64,000 nt of DNA, taken from contig NC_083427.1 in NCBI RefSeq assembly GCF_020745735.1, positions 2,387,438 to 2,451,437 on the forward strand. The letters run 5' to 3'. Both the position numbers and the translations under genes were made by a program. The stretch is from Hemiscyllium ocellatum (Eukaryota). The notes under the pieces were generated by a model. That model was given only the letters and a program-made list of their open reading frames with translations. It ran no database searches and was not told where the DNA came from. Positions 10,201 to 21,105 of this stretch are shown here, in pieces; the stretch's first letter is position 1, and each line of letters begins with the position of its first letter.

Positions 10201-10939
10201 TTTCGATTTGTTTGAGTTTCTACTTCAGTAAGGAGTAATCTTGCTCCCACTACTATATGAACAAGGCCTCCAGATGTCTTCACTCTTCGATGTAAAAATA
10301 CACTTCTGCTGCCTTATAGAAACCAAAATGACACGTTCCTTTAGAATTGCTTGGACAAAATTAAATCCCAATAATTATATGAGATCAAATTGTCTTGTTA
10401 AAACAAATTATTGGCAAAAAATCATTAATATTTCGAGAAATGTGTATTTTTTAAAATATAAAGGCATACTTTAAAAAGTTCACAAAAAATCAAAAGAGGG
10501 GGTTAGAAGACAAGGTATTGATGGATGAGTATTACAGAATCTTGAATCTCGGAGGCAGGAAGGACAGCGATTAATTTTGGAACAGTTAAAATCAGGAATT
10601 CTCCAGAGGCCAGAACATCAATATTTATTTCTCAGGTGATTTGATCTCGAGGAAATTTTAGAGCAGTAGTTGAGCGAAGCCATTGAGAACTTGAAGATAA
10701 GGAAGGGAATACTGAAATTGAGCGATGGTTGACATGGCAAATTTGTGATCACAAAGCAGACAGATGATCATGGCTAGTTATTTGGCCAGAGATTAAAGAC
10801 ACTGGTAGAAGTCGAGGCTTAGCCCCAAAGTTAGAAAATGGGAGATTAACCAGGGATATATTTTCTAGATTGCACAGATTTATGACTTAATGTTTGAACA
10901 AATCGATTAGCTGAGCATCACAAACACGGTGAAGTTAGA

Positions 10940-12040
10940 TGTAAAAATATGTGTTCAAAACGGGAAAGTCAGGAGGCAAACATTTATAGGTTTATAAAAT
11001 CATGAAAACCATGTATACGGGAAATATCAAAAGTATTTTCCCTAGGGAGTGGAGTTCAAATCTAGGTGAGATCGGTTTAAGCTGAGAGGGAAAAGATTTT
11101 AAAATAACTGAGGTTCAGGTTTTTCGCACAGAAGGAGGTGTATATATGGAAAGAACTGCCAGAGAAAGCGCTAGAAATGGTACAGTTACAATATTTAGAA
11201 GAGATTGAGAAGCTACATGAACAGTAACTGTTTGTTGAATATGGACCAAATAAAGAAGGTGCTTGGAATGCATTGCTTTTTTCGTCCGTGTGCCGAGTAT
11301 AAAAGTTGGGGGGTCATGTTGCGGCAGTACAGAACATTGGTTAGGCCACTATTGGAATACTGTATGTAGTTCTGGTCTCGCTACTTTGAGAAGGACGTTC
11401 TGAAACTTGAAAGACTTCGGAAAAGATTTATAATTAGGTTGTCAAGGCTTAAGGGTTTGAGTTGGATTAGTGGTACTGGAAAAGCACAGCAGTTCAGGCA
11501 GCATCCGAGGAGCAGTATAATGAACGTTTGAAGGGTGAAGGGCTTTTGCCCGAAACGTCGATTTGACTGTTCTGGACGCTGCTTGAATTGCTGTGCTTTT
11601 CCAGCACCACCATTCCAGAATCTGGTATCCAGCATCTGCAGTCATTGTTTTTACCCTAAGGGTTTGAGCTACAGGAGAGACTCAATAGGTTGGGGCTATT
11701 CTCTGTGGAGTGTCAGAGGCTGATTTGTGAGCCTTCAGAGGTATATAAAATTACGAGTGGCATAATTTCACTCATGCCATACACATAATGCCTTTGCCCC
11801 TGGGTTGGGGAGTCCAAAGTCAGACGGTGTGAAATGGGAAAGATATGAAAGGGTCCTAAATGACAACGTTTCTCACTGAGGATAATGTGTTTATGGAGCA
11901 AGCTGCCAGATGAAATGCTGGAAACTGTTAAAATTACTATATTTAAACTGCATCTTAAACAAGACTAATTTAGGATATCTGATCCACATGGACGAGTTGG
12001 ACTGAAGAGTCTGTTTCCTTGTTGTCAATGATACTAAGAC
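10940..12040 (+). mobile_element. Two adjacent CR1 LINE 3' fragments, the second interrupted by a hairpin element
   Basis: RT C-terminal motifs (LVRPLLEYCxxFWS, LERxxKRF) and FSQRVV-like 3' motifs. Confidence 0.75.
11462..11656 (+). mobile_element. 195-bp Penelope-derived hairpin insertion with 12-bp TSD (TAAGGGTTTGAG at 11450-11461 and 11657-11668)
   Basis: Inverted arms within 11470-11610; GGGC-TTTT-GCCC-GAAACGTC hammerhead remnant; exact flanking duplication splits a CR1 copy. Confidence 0.88.
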
Positions 12041-12324
12041 TCTGAATTGGACAAGTTCAATTTTGGAAAACAGGTCAGCGTGGACGAATTCAATTGAAAG
12101 ATTTCTTTCTGCTTTTTTTTAACCTGTGTCTGTCTGTGTAGTTTGGAGCTCACCTCAATGTTAAATATGACGCCAACATTGAGAGTAGCCTCATTTAGCA
12201 AAACGACATTCTCAGACGATAATATGTTTTTTGTAATATTTGAGAGAAATAGATTGTACAGGACTTCACAGAAATAATCTAATCATCTATACACAAGAGA
12301 ATAAGTCTTAATTTGTAATTTCAG

Positions 12325-12645
12325 GCGCGCAGCCTTCTCCACCAGTCATCAGTCTACTCTACTCTGCAACTGAAGAACAGAGAGTAAACGGATTTGTGCA
12401 GCTGGTTTGTATAATCAGCGGATATTATCCCGAAACCATCGCAGTGACCTGGCAGAAGAATGGAAATGCTATAAGTTCTGGCTTCACAACCACGCCTTCA
12501 ACGACAACAACGACCACGGATTTTAGCTCTACAAGTTGGCTTAAAGTGCCTATGCAGGAATGGAGCAGCGGTTCTGTGTACAGTTGTCACGTTTCCCATT
12601 CTGAAACCAACAGTAACCACAGAAAAGAAATTAGTTCAACATCGG
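12325..12645 (+). CDS. IgNAR: IgNAR C1 exon, intact
   Basis: Acceptor TTTCAG 12324; (G)AQPSPPVISLLYSATEEQRVNGFVQLVCIISGYYPETIAVTWQKN...YSCHVSHSETNSNHRKEISSTS; 321 nt; donor GTAAG 12646; phase 1/1. Confidence 0.96.
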
Positions 12646-13518
12646 GTAAGAAAATTAAACACACTCAAAAACCTCACGTTCATAATCATAATCACTTCTA
12701 TAATAAATATTATTACAGATGGAATATTATTATGTTGGTTTATTTCTGAGGATGAAGTAGTCTTGAAATAGTTGCAGTGAGTGATATCAAAGGCAATTTG
12801 TTGTCCAGAGTAATGCTACAGCAAAAATGGTTGCAAACGACCCAGGTATCTAAAGCCACTCTTCAAAAAATAGTGGAGCATAACATCTGAAAATATTTCC
12901 CTCTGCTCGGTTTAAGTCTGATGGAAATAAGCAAAGGCCTTGGAAGAGGACAGAGGAAATGAGACAGATATATAGACATTGTGAAGAAATTAACAGAATG
13001 GGAGAGATTAGTTATCAATATTCTTAAATGACAAATTTAGACAAATATTTTAAATATTCTGAGTATTAATGATTCTTTGGCCGATTTACCAAGTCAAGAT
13101 AGTCCTACGCATTGGCTAATTTACCAAGTCAATCAAAAGCAGCAAAATTGCCGTGTCAATGCATACACTTAATCAGAAAGCAATCAGCTGCAACAATCTG
13201 TATTTCACCTGGTGACACAAGCGAAGACTTAGTGTTTTCTATGGCAATGTGCTACTACGCAATTATAGAAAGAATGAATTGGTAGGCCGACGTTCAGAGA
13301 AGCTAAGGAGAGAGACAGAGATGTCTGGTGAAACAGAGGTATAACTTTGTTATTGGATGGGAATCGACAGAAACAACAAATATACAACGACATGTTTATT
13401 TGAAACATTTCTCATGTAGTTCAGCATTTGGACAGGAGTTTAAATGACCTATCAGGGATAAAGATCTCAATGATCTTCTGTGCTTAAAATGCATCGACCC
13501 TTCTGATGTGGCGAATTT

Positions 13519-14115
13519 TCTTTGTCTCTTCCTATCTGTCTTGGTATCTGACTCTCTTTTATTCCTGTCAGTTTCTCTCTGTCTTTATCCATCGATCTGT
13601 CTGTCCCTGCTTCATCTGATCCCTCTCGTTCTGGCACTTCACCTTTCCCTTCACCGACAAAATGTCTATGTCCATTTTCCCTGCTTCTCTATTTCTCACA
13701 ATTACTTGTACTTTTATCTTTCTATTTCTGCAGATTGTAATCACTATTCGTCAATCAAACAACAAACACTGCCGCTCCTTTTCCTTCTTTTACTGTTTGC
13801 ACATGTCGGTATCTAAGCATCCATTTCTTGTCTACGTTCCCTTAGTACTATCTGACCCTCTCCCTCCCTCTCTGATTATCTTCTTTGCTCTGTCATCTCA
13901 AGCTCTCATTCACTAGCTTTATGTGTCTATAATTCTGCCTGACTGTCTCAGATTGCCTGTCTCTGCATCTGTCTCCCTGTCTTTCCATCTACCTTGCATT
14001 TCTGCTGATTGTTTCTCTGTTTATTTCCGTACTGCTCACTGCATGGACCGACAACAATCCCTTCATTACCCGAAAATTTTCTCTCGTAGTCCTTTTTGCT
14101 TGCTCTCTTTCTTAA
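13519..14115 (+). repeat. Degenerate CT-rich polypyrimidine low-complexity tract in the C1-C2 intron
   Basis: ~600 bp dominated by TCTC/CTGT units; source of the spurious Leu/Ser/Phe-rich ORFs. Confidence 0.8.
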
Positions 14116-14210
14116 TTCTATTAGCTTATACACGTTATGACGCAATGTAACCCGGTTACATTGCTGTTGGAACATGGGCCAGAACCTAAATCTCTGACTT
14201 CTCAGTGAAG

Positions 14211-14503
14211 AGATTGCTGTATTACTAAGAGATCCATTGGTTGAAGAAATCTGGATCAATAAAAGTGCCACTCTGGTTTGCGAAGTGCATTCTACAGTTT
14301 CTGCTGTGGTGGTTATCTCTTGGATGGTGAATGAAAAGGTTCGGAATGAAGGCGTGCAAACTGAAACAGCTAATGAAAACCAATATCTGACCATCAGCCG
14401 CTTGACCAGCAGCGTGGAAGAGTGGCAGAGTGGGGTAGAGTACACATGCTCCGCAAAGCATGATCAATCTGCGACTGCAGTATCAAAACAGGAATGGAAA
14501 GAG
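14211..14503 (+). pseudogene. IgNAR: IgNAR C2 exon; coding frame open but both splice sites compromised
   Basis: EIAVLLRDPLVEEIWINKSATLVCEV...SWMVN...YTCSAK matches IgNAR C2. The in-frame AAG acceptor (14208-14210) has a competing CAG 5 nt upstream, and the only nearby GT donors (14504, 14507) are phase 0, incompatible with the phase-1 C3/C4 acceptors. Confidence 0.8.
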
Positions 14504-14583
14504 GTTGTTAACAAAAAATTTATATTTGTATATGTCACTTTATTAACGAGCAAATATTAAAATTGTCTGTAATTCTATGACAG

Positions 14584-14900
14584 TCGAAGCAATGAAGGCA
14601 AAACTTGGCCTCCTGCCTCCATCGCCAGAAGAGATTCAGAAAGGCAGCTCTGCTACTCTCACATGTTTGATAGGAGGATTCTATCCAGACAAAATACACG
14701 TTTTCTCGGAGAAAGACGGAGCTTCTGTCAACGCAAACACCATCAGTTTCCCCACAGCTTTGGAGCAGGATCTGACCTTCAGTGCATGGAGTCTCCTCGT
14801 TTTACCTGTAGTGGACTAGAAGAGCGGAGCAAAATGCACCTGTACTGCCTCGCATCCACCTTCACATTCCACGGTAAAATGGTCATCAGGTGCCCGAAAG
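14584..14900 (+). pseudogene. IgNAR: IgNAR C3 pseudo-exon
   Basis: (V)EAMKAKLGLLPPSPEEIQKGSSATLTCLIGGFYPDK matches IgNAR C3. Lesions: conserved Trp>Ser (TCG 14706), Trp>stop (TAG 14817), 1-nt deletion near 14880, donor position reads ATAAGG (14901) instead of GT. Confidence 0.92.
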
Positions 14901-15276
14901 ATAAGGACAGTGTTTTAGCAAACATTTTCAACATTAACGCTCTGTGCTAAATATCAACAGAATATGAAATCTCAACCAAACATTCCAAGGTTCAAGCAAG
15001 ACCTCTTGGAATGAAACAGCTTTAACACACTGCACACTGGCAATAGGTAGAGAGGAAAAGCAATAATATACAACAAATGCGTGGATTTAATCAGTGCGAA
15101 AACTGCTGGTGTAAAGAATGGAGGAGCCCTCCTGTGGAGCATTGGTAGTGTCTGTACCCTGGACCAAGAGGCCCGCGTTTACTTTCCCCCATTTCAGAGT
15201 TGTGTATTGAGCAATCTGAACAATTTGACGAGAAAAAATAGGTTAAGAAAAAATTTATATTAAGAAAAGAACTTCA

Positions 15277-15599
15277 GGAGCATTTCTGAACTGACAGCCA
15301 GACTGCTGCGACCACTAGGACTCATAACAGCACACAAACCAACAGCCACCCTCAGATAACAACTCACCAGGACAAAGGACCCGATCTATCAACAGACACA
15401 TCGACCTAGACCCTATATACCGGCCACTGCAGCGGACAGCAACTGACAACCGGAAGCGGCAGATTCAAACCAGTATAAATGCCGGAGGAATCAGCACAGA
15501 AGCGCTTCATAGGAGGCTTCCAAGCGCTGAAGGTGTCACCTAGAAAGGGGACGAAACGTTTGCAACAAAAACTCCCAGCTCGGCGAACAGAACCACTAC
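15277..15599 (+). mobile_element. Internally deleted Penelope-like element with 14-bp TSD (AGAAAAGA[A/G]CTTCA at 15263-15276 and 15600-15613)
   Basis: ELTARLLRPLGLITAHKPTATLR linker remnant joined to INRHIDLDPIYRPL (GIY-YIG C-terminus), followed by a degenerate hammerhead at 15527-15564. Confidence 0.8.
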
Positions 15600-17653
15600 A
15601 GAAAAGAGCTTCATTGTACGATTAATACTTGAAGGCGTGTTATCTCTAGACAGAAATGAATGGTGGTGAGAGGAAGATTGTGGCGATATGATTTTTGTGT
15701 CTTGTGTGCCTCAGTCACTACTTCATGCTGCTCCATTTGTTCTAAAAAGAGTGGTTCCTTAAAGTCAACTAAAAGGTACACAGAAATGAAACAATTTCTC
15801 CCAAAGTGAAGCTAATGCACATGATTTGATTTGAACATTTCAATGATTCTCTTCTTCAGTCTTCTTCCCTTGGACGTCACAAGAACAGACAAATAATTAT
15901 TTTATTGACGAGAATAATTTATGTAAATTACTGAACTGGGTTTAATTCTCGCTGCCTGCTGAGCTCCTGGATCTCACCAGATTGTGGTGTGGGCCGTACA
16001 AAAGCAGGGTCATGACCTTTAAGAAATGAGAAGCAATACATCGTGTTTGCAACACTGATCTCTGGTACACGGGTCTGTGAGTAAGGGAATAGATTAATGG
16101 CTGTGACAAACTTCTGGTCATTTACTTGCCAATAGCAAACTACTAGAAGACCATGCGTTGATTTAACTCTGCAGATCATTCTTTGAATATTACACTGAAG
16201 GAGACTTATATGAGCAGCATATAGTCACTTTGCTTTGTCTGCCATCTGAGGAGTCTTGCTAAAATAAATTTACTTGCATTCCTGCAAATGGCAGCGGCGA
16301 ATGTGAGTGTTACACATATGCTATATAAATTGTCTCTTTCTAATTCACGATGACTGATCAGTCAAATTAGCTTTCATACCAATACCGTTTCTTTATCAAT
16401 ATGAAATTCAGTGTCCCTCTGCACAGTAATGGATGACACCCATGTGAAACTGTGAGAGATTTCACTTCAGAACTTTGATGCAATGGTGCCCCTGTTAAAA
16501 TCATCTCTGTCGTACACGAGAAATCTGAAATTGCTTGCTTTAAAATGTCATTGATAAACCTCCGATTTCTGTTTCAAACACGAGGGCATGATTAATTTCA
16601 TTTTGATTAGTTTTATTCCTCGCAATTCCGTTGTCACCCGCCCCTGAGAACATAGAACGTTATCAGGCTGTGCAAGCCATTCGGCCCTTAATGTTGTGCC
16701 GACCTGTGAAAATAATCTGATGCCCGTCTATCTTACACTGTTCCATTATTATCCATATGCATGCCCACTTAAATGCCCTTTACGTCGCTGAGTCTACCTC
16801 TGTTGCAGGCAGGCCGGTCCACACCCCTACTACTCTCCAAGTGAAAGAAAATACTCCTAATATCTGTCGTAAATCTATCACCTCACAATGTAAAGCTGTG
16901 TCTCCTCACGTTAGCCTTTTCCATCAGAGGAAAATGGTTCTCACTGTCCACTCTATCTAATCCTCTCATTATTTTACACATCTTTATTAAGTCAACCTTC
17001 TTCTCTCCACCGAAAACAACCTCAGTTCCCTCAGATCTTCCCCGTAAGACAGTCCTTCCATAACAGGCAACATCCTAGTAATTGTGCAAGGAACCCTTTC
17101 CAAAGCTTCCGCATTCTTCTAATAATGTGATGAACAGAACTGTATGCAATACTCCAGGTGGGGCCTTGCCAGTGTCTCATCCAACAGAAGCATGGCCTCG
17201 TGGCTCCAAACCACAAACCCCCCTACCAATAAACACCAACACACCATATGCCTTCTTAACAACCCTATCAACCTGGGTGGCAACTTTCAGGGATTGATGC
17301 TCTGGGACACTGAGATCTCTCTCTACATTTACATTGCCAACAATTTTACCATTAGCCTAGTACTCTGTGTTCCTGTTACCTTTTCTAAAGTGAAGTCCTT
17401 CACCCCTTTCCGCAATAAGCTCCATTTGCCACTTCTCCGACCAGCTCTGCATCTTATCTATGGTCCTCTGTAACCCACAGCATCCTTTGCCTCACATCTC
17501 TGCCTCACTTAGTGTCATCCGCAAATTTACTAACCCATCCTTCTCTGCCCACATCCAGATCATTTCTAAAAATAAATTGTCCCAGATCCTTGAGGCACAC
17601 CACTAGTCACTGAGCTCCAGAATGAACATTTCCCAGCAACCACCATCCACTGT

Positions 17654-17851
17654 TTAAAGTCTGGTTGAAGATTTGTAGCTCGGGTGTCCGTTGTTGTGGT
17701 TCTGTTCGCCGAGCTGGAAGTTTTTGCTGCAAACGTTTCGTTCCCTGGCTAGGGAACATCATCAGTGCTATTGGAGGCTGATGATGTTCCCTAGGCAGGG
17801 AATGAAACGTTTGCAGCAAAAACTTCCAGCTCGGCGAACAGAACCACAACA
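17654..17851 (-). mobile_element. 198-bp Penelope-derived hairpin insertion with 12-bp TSD (ACCATCCACTGT at 17642-17653 and 17852-17863)
   Basis: Arms 17690-17765 / 17778-17853 are nearly perfect; they share sequence with the 3' end of the Penelope element at 15277-15599. Confidence 0.9.
17728..17768 (-). ncRNA. Minimal type-I hammerhead ribozyme motif
   Basis: - strand reads GCA-CUGAUGA-U-GUUCCCU-AGCC-AGGGAAC-GAAACGUU-UGC: intact core, 7-bp stem II, palindromic ACGU stem III, 3-bp stem I. Confidence 0.7.
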
Positions 17852-19975
17852 ACCATCCACTGTCTTCTTTCAGCTAGCCAATTTCTGATCCAAACTGCGA
17901 AATCAACTTCAATCCCGAATCTCTGTATATTATGCAACAAAACACCGTGTGGAACATTATCAAACGCCTAACTTAAGTCCATATACCCCACACCAACCGC
18001 TTTACTTTCATTCATCTGTTTTTTCACCTTCTCGAAGAACTCAGTAAGTTTAGCGAGGCACGACCGACCCTTCACAAAACGGTGTTGACTCTACCTAATC
18101 AAATAATTCATTTCCAGATGTCTATAAATCCTATCTCATAACATTTTACATAACCTTACCCACAATCGAAGTATGGCTCACTGGCTTTAAATTACCAGGG
18201 CTGTCCCGACTTCCCTTCTAAAACGAGGAGCAAACTTGGCTATCCTCCACTTTTCTGGCAATACATCTTACATAACCCTTCTTCTTCCTCTTGACAAGAT
18301 CTTCAACGTCTTTATAAACCATAGCTGCCTCTCTCGAGAACTACCTAACTGCCTGATAGATATATACTAATCAAGAACCAGCAGTAGTTGTTTCTTGAAT
18401 AATCTACACACTTCAAGTGAGTCAATCCCCTGCTGTTTCATTCCCCATCCTATTCAGCCTAAATCTTGCCTGATAACTGCCTTTCCCCCAGTTTTACCTC
18501 TTTCTCTGCGGTGTATACCTAGCCCTGTCCATTGTTATTATAAACATAACCGAATTATGGTCACTATCGCCGAGGGCTCATCTACCTCCAAATCTAACAC
18601 CTGACCGTGTTCATTACATAGTACCAAATCCAATCTGGCATCTCCCCTTGTTGACCTGTCTACATACTGTGTCAGTTAATTTTATGACTGAAACGTTTTG
18701 ACAAAGCGATTATCACCAAGACTCTGATTGAACATATCCTGTGACGTAAAATATGACCTACATATTTAGTGAAGATATGATTATATAAGGCGACTGATCG
18801 CAGGTTGCCAATCGACAAATTCATGTTAGTAGTCTGCTAGGTTTAATAGAAGACACGGAAGTATTTAGACTTAAGAGTTTGGAATGCAAATCAATAGAAG
18901 AGTAGCATCTGCAATATTCTCCCCGGCAAATAAACTGAGAGGCACTGGCAAAATTGAAGACCTGCATAAGCGTTACAGTATGCATACAAAATAAAATTAT
19001 ACCACGAGAGCTGGACGGTAGACACGGAAAACCAGTCCTCCAAAGAGGTATTGCAACTTTCAGAGATAACTGGTTCTTCGAATGCAGAAAAGGTACTAAT
19101 GTTAAGCTAACAATACAATCAGAACCTTGAGCAACCTTGCTTTGATTTGTATTTTCCGGAATGCACAACGAAAATAAATGTTATTGTATTAAGAGCGACC
19201 ATTTTTCTTTAAGAAATATAAAGGTAGGCTTTCTCCTGTTTTATGCGTACGTTTAAGGTTATCACCATTCTGAAAGCTGTTAGGTTTGGCTGTTCTTAGT
19301 AGCAGAGTGCAGCTGTGAAGTTTGCGCGCTCACAATACTTTAGGTTTTCTCATTTCACACTCTTCAAAGAATAACTATTTTTTTTAAGTATTTTCAGAAC
19401 TCCATTGAGTGGACCTGAATTATTCAGTAAATATCTTTTTTTTTAAATAAAAAGACTCTGCCGAGGAACTAGGACAAAAAGTCACTTTAAAGGACACAAT
19501 CAATCAAAATGCAGGTTTATGCCAGGTGAATGTCTCCATTAGTTGATCGGATACAGTGCAAATAATTTTAACTTTTGAACATGGGATACTTACGATACGT
19601 TTTTGCTTGTTGGTTATTGGATTCCGACAAATGCAGTCCATGCAGCAGGAACTACTTTCTGGCATAAGTAACTGCAATTGGCAAAAGTGTGCAGCACTCG
19701 AACGGAGACAATTCAGCCTCAGTTTATGCAAAACAGAACAATTTCCAAATTGTGCATGAATATATCACACATATTAGTGAAGATGCATCCATAACATTCA
19801 AAACGAATGCAACCTTTACGAACAGGAGGGCACAGCATCTAATTAACTAAGCTGAATCTATCAGGGAAAACAGGTAACAGATCGCAGTAAATAACAATAT
19901 TCCCCAAAACTTGTAGTATTTTGGAATTGATTTCGATATTGCAGCCTTAAAACGTGTATTCCTTTCCCTTTCCAG

Positions 19976-20296
19976 ATGATTGCCATCAGACAGACATTTC
20001 TGTTAATCTCCTGAAACCTCCGTTTGAAGAGATTTGGACACAGAAGACAGCGACCATTGTTTGTGAAATCGTTTACAACAACTTTGCAAACATAAACGTT
20101 TTCTGGCAAGTGAACGGGGCTGAGATAACGAAAGGAGTCGAAACAGAAAATCCTAATTGGAACGGAAGTAAATTCACCATTGTAAGCAAACTAAAAGTCA
20201 TGGCATCAGAGTGGGACAGCGGTGCCAAGTATGTTTGCCTGGTAGAAAACAGTGAATTACCAACACCAGTGGAAGCTTCCATCAAGAAGACAATTG
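19976..20296 (+). CDS. IgNAR: IgNAR C4 exon, intact
   Basis: Strong acceptor TTCCTTTCCCTTTCCAG; (D)DCHQTDISVNLLKPPFEEIWTQKTATIVCEIV...FWQVNG...YVCLVENSELPTPVEASIKKTI; 321 nt; donor GTAAGT 20297; phase 1/1. Confidence 0.96.
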
Positions 20297-20557
20297 GTAA
20301 GTGGCGATAACACTGCAATAAGTACAAAATAGAACCGACTTCAGAAATCTGAAACGAAAAAGACGTTTGTAGAGACTGAGCAGGACTGACAGCATCTATG
20401 GAGCGAACAATAGGGTAAACCTTTCCAGTCCACTATGTCTCTTTCCAAAAATGGTAGTTTATGTTACTATGAGATAATCTTGACTTAAAATCTAGTCCAA
20501 TGTAAGAACATCCTGTCAAATCTTTAATGCGTTACATTAAATAGTCAGGAATCCGCA

Positions 20558-20850
20558 GTGGCAAGGTGGCTCACTGGTTTGCACTGCTGTCTCACAACGC
20601 CAAGACCCAGGTTGAATTCCAACACAGGCACTGTCCATGCGAAGTTTTCCCATTGTCCCAATGTCTACGTGTTTGCCTTTGCATACTCCAATTTTCGTCC
20701 ACAATCCAAAGATGTGCAGGTTAGGTGGACTGGTCATGGGAAATGTGTTTTTGGGGATGGGATTGGGGATGGGCCTTGAAGGGATGTTCTTTAAATGTTG
20801 GGTCTGGACTTGACGTGCGGAATGGCCTGTTAACACACTGTGATGATTCC
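20558..20850 (+). mobile_element. tRNA-derived SINE (shark HE1/V-SINE-like)
   Basis: A-box-like GGTGGCTCACTGGTTTGCACTGCTG, B-box-like GGTTGAATTCC, core CCACAATCCAAAGATGTGCAGGTTAGG. Confidence 0.8.
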
Positions 20851-21105
20851 TTGCAAGTCCAATAGCCATGACTGCGACTTTACTGCAAACGTTTTCATCC
20901 CACGAACAGTACTCCTTGCAAAATATATGATTGGCTCCAAGATTTAAACTATTAAAGCAAGTGACGTGAAATGCTGTAGCATTCAGAGACATGTGCACAG
21001 TCTTACAGATAGGAACTATTTTATCAACCACATGCACTGCTAACAAAGTAATTGTGATGCAGACAAAAGATTGTCTCAGTTCAATAAATGTCACTCTCTT
21101 CGCAG

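Larger units (their letters stand above)
16640..18660 (-). mobile_element. CR1 LINE RT/3' fragment, interrupted by a hairpin insertion
   Basis: Reverse complement of the RT motifs seen in + strand copies (e.g. 17144-17473 antisense to VKKAYGVLxFI...LVRPHLEYC). Confidence 0.85.

Noticed and set aside
3670-12320. Search for additional J segments or switch-like repeats in the J-C1 intron
   Set aside because: No further G-x-G-T motif with an RSS and no tandem AGCT/G-rich switch array seen, consistent with shark cluster organisation.
13508-14150. Several Leu/Ser/Phe-rich ORFs resembling membrane proteins
   Set aside because: Artefacts of the CT-rich low-complexity tract.
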